DNA of 32,000 bases from positions 120,001 through 152,000 of the forward strand of contig CP010514.1 of NCBI GenBank assembly GCA_001552015.1, in the 5' to 3' direction. This stretch comes from Candidatus Nanopusillus acidilobi. GTDB taxonomy: Archaea; Nanobdellota; Nanobdellia; Nanobdellales; Nanobdellaceae. This document shows positions 26,677-32,000 of the stretch, in pieces; the stretch's first letter is position 1; every line of letters begins with the position of its first letter. Under the pieces are notes generated by a model. It did not search any database, was not told where the DNA came from, and worked only from the letters and a program-made list of their open reading frames with translations. The position numbers were made by a program, and so were the translations under genes.

Positions 26677-27417
26677 ATGAGTGAATTAAAACAACTTAGA
26701 TTGGAAGATATGATTGAACTTTTAGCTAGCAAAGACATTAATGGTAAAGCTAGGAAATTAGCTTGGAGTATGACTGATTTTTTAGAGTATCTATGGAATC
26801 AACGTCTTCCAACAAAATATCTTATAATAAAAATAGATATAAAATATATAGAAGTTCTAAAAAAAGGGACATATGGACACGTAATATATAATGGAGAAGC
26901 CAAAGTTGTTAAACCATCAAAAATGTATGAATTTAAGTATGAAAGGAATTGTAAATCATGTCTTGAAACTTTATATGATAGCGAATATAATAGTATGGAT
27001 AATAATTACTCTTTTGATGTTAATAAGATAAAGGGATTAAAAATAGATCTTCTTAAAATGGAGAGTATAGCAAGAATTGTGGAAAGAAGTATGATTCGTT
27101 TATATAGCGCAATTACACACTTTCGTTTGGATCATTCAGAAAAATATTCAGAAGTATTTGGATATATTGAAATAAAAAGATTTAACTATGGAAAAATACG
27201 CGGGGAAATTAAAAATACGAAATTTAGTAGATCTTATATACGGGATGAATATAAAAATATAGTAGGCTATAAAATTTCTACTCCAGAAAATGAAATAAAT
27301 AAATATAATAGAAATAATGAAGATGAATTATATTATCCAAGAAGTTATAAATTTGAATTTGCAGTTTGTAAAGATATAAGTTATATAAATCTCTGTAATT
27401 TTTCTAGATTTTTTTAA
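26677..27417 (+). CDS. Unassigned family, paralog 1 (246 aa, most divergent; N-terminal insertion and C-terminal extension)
   Basis: It shares with paralogs 2-4 the MS(D/E) start, K.YEFKY, CKSC, Y.SEYNS.DNNY and a YPRSYKFEF block. No TM or signal peptide. Confidence 0.7.
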   Translation: MSELKQLRLEDMIELLASKDINGKARKLAWSMTDFLEYLWNQRLPTKYLIIKIDIKYIEVLKKGTYGHVIYNGEAKVVKPSKMYEFKYERNCKSCLETLYDSEYNSMDNNYSFDVNKIKGLKIDLLKMESIARIVERSMIRLYSAITHFRLDHSEKYSEVFGYIEIKRFNYGKIRGEIKNTKFSRSYIRDEYKNIVGYKISTPENEINKYNRNNEDELYYPRSYKFEFAVCKDISYINLCNFSRFF

Positions 27418-27468
27418 TCTTTCATTAATTTTCTCTAATATATTTTCCTATTCTTCTATATGAGAAAA

Positions 27469-27500
27469 ATATTTAAATGTTTCTATAATTATTATACTCT
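27469..27500 (+). promoter_or_regulatory. Conserved BRE/TATA promoter module of paralog 2
   Basis: atatTTAAATgtttctataattattatactct-ATG. TTTAAAT at 27472-27478 is centred at -26 from the ATG. The module is nearly identical to 28222-28253 and 28984-29014. Confidence 0.6.
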
Positions 27501-28181
27501 ATGAGTGATCAAACATCATTACACAAAACCTTGGAAAAACTACTTTTAGATGCTACTAAATTATCAATTGGTTTAGGTGATCAGGGAAGACATCTTTGGA
27601 TATTAGTAGATATAAAAGATGATAAATATGAGGGGGGAGGTTTTACTGGTAATTTCCAAAATTATATGTCTAATTGTGATCTAATTAAGTGTAAATTATA
27701 TCCGGAGAGATATAATATTGATCAAAGTATTTGTGATTCATGTTTTCAAGATATATATTACAGTAGATATAATAGCGATGATAATAGTTATATGGTTATT
27801 TTTAATATTCCTAAAAGAGGTGAGAGGGAAGAGCTAGAAGGGCTACAGGATCTAATAAGAAATATGGAAATTGAGATTATTGAATCATACTATAAAAGTT
27901 TATACTCATATCCAAATTCTTTAAAAAATTATTCAAATCCAAGATTATTAATGTATTTTGAAAGAAAGGGGCAAGATCTTGATATGATATATAAAGAAAT
28001 AAATGAAATTAATTTTGCGCAGCTTCCTACTCTGAGGGAAATTGGATCTGAAGATAAACCAATTTTTTCACTTGCTGCAATATATGGAAAGAAAGAAAAT
28101 ATATCTGATAAAGATGTTGATGTAGCTCATTTAGAATTTCCAAAGAATTTTAGATTTAGTTTAATGGTATATAAAAAATAA
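27501..28181 (+). CDS. Unassigned family, paralog 2 (226 aa)
   Basis: Shared blocks: MSD, LG.QG..LWI, CDSC..DIYYSRYNSDDNSYM, MYFERKG, EIGSEDKP, and FPKNFRFSLMVYKK at the C-terminus. It has an extra Cys pair (CDLIKC) upstream of CDSC. Confidence 0.7.
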   Translation: MSDQTSLHKTLEKLLLDATKLSIGLGDQGRHLWILVDIKDDKYEGGGFTGNFQNYMSNCDLIKCKLYPERYNIDQSICDSCFQDIYYSRYNSDDNSYMVIFNIPKRGEREELEGLQDLIRNMEIEIIESYYKSLYSYPNSLKNYSNPRLLMYFERKGQDLDMIYKEINEINFAQLPTLREIGSEDKPIFSLAAIYGKKENISDKDVDVAHLEFPKNFRFSLMVYKK

Positions 28182-28221
28182 ATTGTAAATTCTTTTAAAA
28201 TTTTAATCTTTATTATAAAAG

Positions 28222-28253
28222 ATATTTAAATATTTCTATAATTATTATACTTT
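28222..28253 (+). promoter_or_regulatory. Conserved BRE/TATA promoter module of paralog 3
   Basis: atatTTAAATatttctataattattatacttt-ATG. TTTAAAT at 28225-28231 is centred at -26. Confidence 0.6.
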
Positions 28254-28889
28254 ATGAGTGATCAAAATATCCCTGGGAGATTAGAAGATATACTTAGGAG
28301 GGTTAGTGAATATTCATTTGAATTAGGTAAGTGGGGAAAGGTTATTTGGATAAATTTAGAAATAAAAAAGGATGATAGGGGATACTATGGAAAAGGCAGT
28401 GCTGTTAGCCCACTAAAAGTGTATGAATTTAAGTATGGAAGTAATTGTAACTCAAGCTCATGTGTTCGAGATATATATTATAGTAGATATAAAAGTTATG
28501 ATAATAATTACATGATTGCTTTTATTAAATATGTAGGAGGGGATATGGATAAAATAAAATATATGGTAAGAGATATAGAAAGTGAGGCTTATGACTTATA
28601 CAATGAAATTAGAAATTCATATTTGGATCCTTCAAGAGATCATTTAGTATCAGTATACTTTAGAAGGGATACATCGAGCTATAAGAAGATAACTAAAGAA
28701 ATTAAAAAAGGTATTATCTTTGAAAAACCTCCGGCTTTAAAGAAGATTGGATTTAAAGATCAACCAGCTTTTATACGTTCTGCTCTAGTAGAAAAGAAGA
28801 CAAATGAATATAATAATAGAGAAGAAAGTAAAAATGAGTTAGATTATCCAAATAGTTTTAAATTTAGTTATATAGTCTATGAAAAATAA
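28254..28889 (+). CDS. Unassigned family, paralog 3 (211 aa)
   Basis: Shared blocks: MSD..RLEDIL, LGKWGKVIWI, YGKG, KVYEFKY, CNSSSC.RDIYYSRYKSYDNNYM, VYFRRD..SYKKITKEIKKGIIF, KIGFKDQP, and YPNSFKFSYIVYEK at the C-terminus. Confidence 0.7.
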   Translation: MSDQNIPGRLEDILRRVSEYSFELGKWGKVIWINLEIKKDDRGYYGKGSAVSPLKVYEFKYGSNCNSSSCVRDIYYSRYKSYDNNYMIAFIKYVGGDMDKIKYMVRDIESEAYDLYNEIRNSYLDPSRDHLVSVYFRRDTSSYKKITKEIKKGIIFEKPPALKKIGFKDQPAFIRSALVEKKTNEYNNREESKNELDYPNSFKFSYIVYEK

Positions 28890-28983
28890 ATTAAGGCTTT
28901 TATAATATTTTTATTCTTTAATTATATTTCTCTATTTTTTTGAATATAATTTATGCGTCTTTTATTCATTTTATCATATTAAG

Positions 28984-29014
28984 AATATAAATGTTTCTAT
29001 AATTATTATAATCT
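28984..29014 (+). promoter_or_regulatory. Conserved BRE/TATA promoter module of paralog 4
   Basis: aaTATAAATgtttctataattattataatct-ATG. TATAAAT at 28986-28992 is centred at -26. Confidence 0.6.
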
Positions 29015-29635
29015 ATGAGTGACATAAAAAATTTATTCAGAAAACTGGATGATATACTTCACGATATGGTTAAATATTCATTTACCTTAGGTAATTGGGG
29101 AAGATATACTTGGATAGAAATTTATATAGGATATAATGGATATGGTGGGAAAGGTTTTGTTGTTAAGCCATGGAAAATATATGAATTTGAGCATCAAAAG
29201 GTTTGTAATTCATGTTTTGGGGATATATATGTTAGTGAATATGATCGTATAAATAGAAGTTATAATATTTATACTAATGATTATATAAGCAAAGTGAAGG
29301 AAAATAAGAAAGAAATAGAAAATATAATAAGTAATATAGAAACTCAGGCTATGTATGTATATGATATAACTGTGGACTCATATTTAGATCTTTTAAAAAA
29401 TTATTCGAAAGTATTAATATACTTTAGAAGGGATATATTTGACTATAATAAGATAATTGAAGAAATTAAAAATAGTATTATGTTTGGACAACCTATTAAT
29501 AAAGTTGGACCTAAGGATCGACTAAGTTATAGATTTATAGCTCTAGAAGAAAAAGAAATAAGTAAATATGGTGAGGAAAGTGAATTATCTTATCCAGAGA
29601 ATTACAGATTTAGTTTTATGATATATGAAAAATAA
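29015..29635 (+). CDS. Unassigned family, paralog 4 (206 aa)
   Basis: Shared blocks: MSD..KLDDIL, LGNWGRYTWI, GGKG, KIYEFEH, CNSC.GDIYVSEY, IYFRRD..DYNKIIEEIKNSIMF, KVGPKDR, and YPENYRFSFMIYEK at the C-terminus. Confidence 0.7.
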   Translation: MSDIKNLFRKLDDILHDMVKYSFTLGNWGRYTWIEIYIGYNGYGGKGFVVKPWKIYEFEHQKVCNSCFGDIYVSEYDRINRSYNIYTNDYISKVKENKKEIENIISNIETQAMYVYDITVDSYLDLLKNYSKVLIYFRRDIFDYNKIIEEIKNSIMFGQPINKVGPKDRLSYRFIALEEKEISKYGEESELSYPENYRFSFMIYEK

Positions 29636-29637
29636 AT

Positions 29638-30624
29638 TTATAAAAATTTTGTTAAATTTTCTTTAAATTCTTTTGCAGTTTCTTCAGGTATTGATGAAAT
29701 AACATATTCTAAATGACAAATTTCCATATAACCTGTATCAAATAAAGGTCTTTGTGCTATTTTAATAATTGGATATGATCTTGATTCTTTTAATAATGTT
29801 GTATCAAATATAACTAAATTAAAATTCTCATACAATTTTTCATATGTTACCAAAATATTATATAAGTTTTTAATGAATTCTTCAAATTTATTTTGAGATA
29901 AGAAAAATATGCCAAAAGTATCAATATATCCAATTAATTCATTATTTCTAAATGGAGCAAATGATGACCATAATTTAATTATTCCATCCAATATTATTCT
30001 TTCATTTAATTGTTTTTCAAAGTTAAAATAATCTTCTATAAAGAATTTTTTATATTTATCAAAATATTTGCTAGATTTGTCTAGATAAATCTTAAAATAA
30101 TTTGTTGGTTCTTTTTCAATCAATATTTGAAAATGTAAATGTTCCTGTGATGCACCTGCAGGAAATCCTTTATTTAAATTAATAAATATATATTTATAAT
30201 CTCCTTCAGGTACCCTTTCATAGAATTCTTTTATTAGCATAAATGAATTATAAAGATCTAAATAATCTATTTGAGAGAAATTCTTTACATGTTTTTTATA
30301 ATTTGGAACTAATACTGCATGATATTTTCCATATGGATATTTATTTGAAAAGAGGACAGAATTTCCATTATATATTTTCTTTGAAAAATCAAAATCTGGA
30401 GCTTCATTATCAGGATCACAAAAAGGACATTTTGATTTTTTTGAATAAATTTTTCCATAATTTCTTGGTTTATTTTTTATAGATTTATTTATTCTTACCT
30501 TGAAATTAGTTATTGGGTCGATTCTTTCTTCAATTATAAATCTTTCAAGTTCATTATTAAAAAAATTCCTTACATTATATTCCTGAGATATTAATTTTAT
30601 GTCTTCATTATATATTCTTTCCAT
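29638..30624 (-). CDS. Galactose-1-phosphate uridylyltransferase-family (GalT/HIT superfamily) nucleotidyltransferase
   Basis: RIDPITNFKVRINKSIKNKP (compare RxNPLTGxWxxxSxxRxxRP), CPFCDPDNE (Zn-site CxxC), SVLFSNKYPYG, and NLNKGFPAGASQEHLHFQI (the H-x-H-x-Q active-site motif) are present. A second half-domain LWSSFAPFRNNEL follows. The stop lies 2 nt from the stop of convergent paralog 4. Confidence 0.75.
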   Translation of the reverse strand: MERIYNEDIKLISQEYNVRNFFNNELERFIIEERIDPITNFKVRINKSIKNKPRNYGKIYSKKSKCPFCDPDNEAPDFDFSKKIYNGNSVLFSNKYPYGKYHAVLVPNYKKHVKNFSQIDYLDLYNSFMLIKEFYERVPEGDYKYIFINLNKGFPAGASQEHLHFQILIEKEPTNYFKIYLDKSSKYFDKYKKFFIEDYFNFEKQLNERIILDGIIKLWSSFAPFRNNELIGYIDTFGIFFLSQNKFEEFIKNLYNILVTYEKLYENFNLVIFDTTLLKESRSYPIIKIAQRPLFDTGYMEICHLEYVISSIPEETAKEFKENLTKFL

Positions 30625-30666
30625 TTTTAAGTTAGGGTCTTTAGTAAATAAAAATATTTAAATTTG

Positions 30667-30686
30667 GTTATCATTTAAATGATAAC
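30667..30686. promoter_or_regulatory. Perfect 20-nt palindrome GTTATCATTTAAATGATAAC
   Basis: GTTATCAT-TTAA-ATGATAAC is exactly self-complementary. It sits 14 nt downstream of the stop of the 146-aa gene (30700) and 43-62 nt upstream of the GalT-like ATG (30624), next to a TATA-like aaatatttaaat at about -27 to -38. Confidence 0.5.
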
Positions 30687-30699
30687 TAAAAAGAAATAT

Positions 30700-31140
30700 T
30701 TATGAATGAATTATTGGTGATTGCCTATTTTGTTGATGATAGGCATCTAATTTTTGGCATTCACCTTTTTCAGATAGATATTTCCTAAAGATACCAAGTA
30801 TTTCATCATAATCTTTTTTTATTAAATTATAATAGGCTACAGATTTATCTTTACTACTATTATTTTCATCAATTTTATATATTTCGTTTTCAATTTTATC
30901 TATTTTGTCCAATATTTCTCTTCTTTTATTTTCATCTTCTTCGTATAAAAAAACTATAGTATGCGCATATTCTGATAATGTTAAGATTGTTTGTTTTAGT
31001 TCTCTGATATTATTAACTACTTCGGTTCTCGCTTTTGTATAATTTAATATATAATTGTTAATAAGATTTTTAATTTTTTTAAAATCTATAATTTCTTCTT
31101 TATTTTTTTCTTTTATTATTATTTCATCTAAATCATCCAT
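30700..31140 (-). CDS. Hypothetical coiled-coil protein
   Basis: ORF only. It is Glu/Lys/Ile/Asn-rich with heptad-like segments (REILDKIDKIENEIYKIDE). No recognisable family. Confidence 0.4.
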   Translation of the reverse strand: MDDLDEIIIKEKNKEEIIDFKKIKNLINNYILNYTKARTEVVNNIRELKQTILTLSEYAHTIVFLYEEDENKRREILDKIDKIENEIYKIDENNSSKDKSVAYYNLIKKDYDEILGIFRKYLSEKGECQKLDAYHQQNRQSPIIHS

Positions 31141-31384
31141 AGTATTTTATAATTTCTTTTTTTATATTTTGGCCTTTATTTTCATATTTCTTATATAGTA
31201 CATTTGAAGAAAACAGTAATTTCATTTTAATATTTTATTTGTTAGTTTTATAAATATTTTTTAACAATTTATTACTGATGATTTGTTATCGATTAAATAT
31301 CTTTGTAGTCTTTGAAACTTTATATATTAATCTAATTTGACCAATTTAAATATCTTTTTATATTTCATGATAAATTATTATAAA

Positions 31385-31864
31385 ATGAGTGATCTGGGAA
31401 CGGCAATAGTGACAATTAGCGGTATAGCTATAGTAATAGTATTTCTTATATTGGAATGGATCATTATTACAATACCTGCTTATTTGGCTGCCAAACTTTT
31501 TGGTAGTGATGCATCATTTTCAAGGGCCATGGGTGCTGTTTTACTTTCAGAAATAGCAGCTGTCATAATAATAATATTTTTTATATTTATTTCGATTGTA
31601 TATAAAAGTTTCATATTAGGTATTTCAGGATTAATTATAGCCTTTATAGCTGTTTTAGGTGTATATAAATCTATGTTTAATGTGGGTTGGGGAGCAGCAT
31701 TTGGTATAATAATTGTATCTATTATAATAGTAATTATCTTTAATCTGATATTGTCCTTGTTTGGTATTAATATCTTTCCTTTACCTGGTGGCTCTCAATT
31801 GCAATCATTTTTATCCCCATTATTCAATCTAACCAATATTTTTCATGGCTTTAACCTAGGTTGA
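31385..31864 (+). CDS. Small polytopic membrane protein (about 4 TM), unknown function
   Basis: Hydrophobic segments are present (AIVTISGIAIVIVFLILEWIIITIPAYLAA, AVLLSEIAAVIIIIFFIFISIV, and others). I prefer ATG 31385 (MSDLGT...) over the track's TTG 31337 because TTTTATAT at 31356-31363 lies about 25 nt upstream. The start context ATGAGTGATC is identical to paralogs 2 and 3. Confidence 0.55.
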   Translation: MSDLGTAIVTISGIAIVIVFLILEWIIITIPAYLAAKLFGSDASFSRAMGAVLLSEIAAVIIIIFFIFISIVYKSFILGISGLIIAFIAVLGVYKSMFNVGWGAAFGIIIVSIIIVIIFNLILSLFGINIFPLPGGSQLQSFLSPLFNLTNIFHGFNLG

Positions 31865-32000
31865 AACATCTTAAATGTTTTTTAATAATTTTGAGATTTT
31901 TATATGAAGACTATTAGAAAATTAAAAAAATTTTATTTAAAGTAAATATATTTATATTATAGCATTAACAAATTTTAAAAATAATAAAATTATTATTCCT

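Noticed and set aside
27632-27637. A G6 homopolymer inside paralog 2 as a slipped-strand phase-variation switch
   Set aside because: It simply encodes the Gly-rich loop (E-G-G-G) that is a conserved feature of the family. Six bases is short for efficient slippage, and no frameshifted copy is evident.
31275-31336. A CTGATGAT (C-box-like) motif and a 20-codon ORF (31278-31340) in the 196-nt spacer before the last gene, as a possible C/D-box sRNA or micro-protein
   Set aside because: There is no D box (CTGA), no C'/D' pair at appropriate spacing on either strand, and no terminal stem. The small ORF has no supporting features.
31337-31384. The TTG-initiated N-terminal extension of the last ORF (MTNLNIFLYFMINYYK)
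   Set aside because: The extension would place the TATA-like elements inside the coding region. ATG 31385 has correct promoter spacing and the shared ATGAGTGATC context.
1-32000. CRISPR arrays, rRNA genes, transposases/integrases, split tRNA halves or other GC-rich RNA islands
   Set aside because: I scanned for regularly spaced direct repeats and for GC-rich islands in the spacers. The only GC-rich structured element is the tRNA at 24014-24086. No repeat-spacer periodicity or IS-like terminal repeats were seen.

Overview
Very AT-rich, tightly packed archaeal chromosome segment: short intergenic spacers, many 1-20 nt gene overlaps and mostly TAA stops. The archaeal assignment rests on a histone, type-2 MetAP, exosome Rrp42, RpoK, an S-layer protein, an AOR-family enzyme and archaeal-type AsnRS. 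The only RNA gene I can find is a GC-rich tRNA, which suggests a thermophile. That, together with an Lhr-type helicase present only as a free-standing C-terminal half, points by inference (not shown) to a reduced DPANN/Nanoarchaeota-like genome. Positions 1-26.2 kb are mostly housekeeping and envelope genes: a truncated beta-helix surface protein, DUF72-TruA, MetAP, histone, an antioxidant cluster (SOD, Bcp, Lrp, Prx plus Ogt), a GT2/GT-C glycan cluster, AOR, the helicase half, two paralogous membrane proteins directly upstream of the S-layer gene, Rrp42-RpoK, a YbaK-like editing protein, tRNA-Val, acylphosphatase and AsnRS. Positions 26.2-31.9 kb look accessory. They hold an orphan RelE/ParE-like gene and a tandem array of four strongly diverged paralogs of a protein family I cannot assign. 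Each paralog has a near-identical BRE/TATA module placed so the mRNA should be leaderless. The same region also holds a GalT/HIT-family nucleotidyltransferase, a coiled-coil protein and a small membrane protein. The paralog array is the best candidate for something undescribed. No CRISPR array, transposase, integrase or rRNA was seen.
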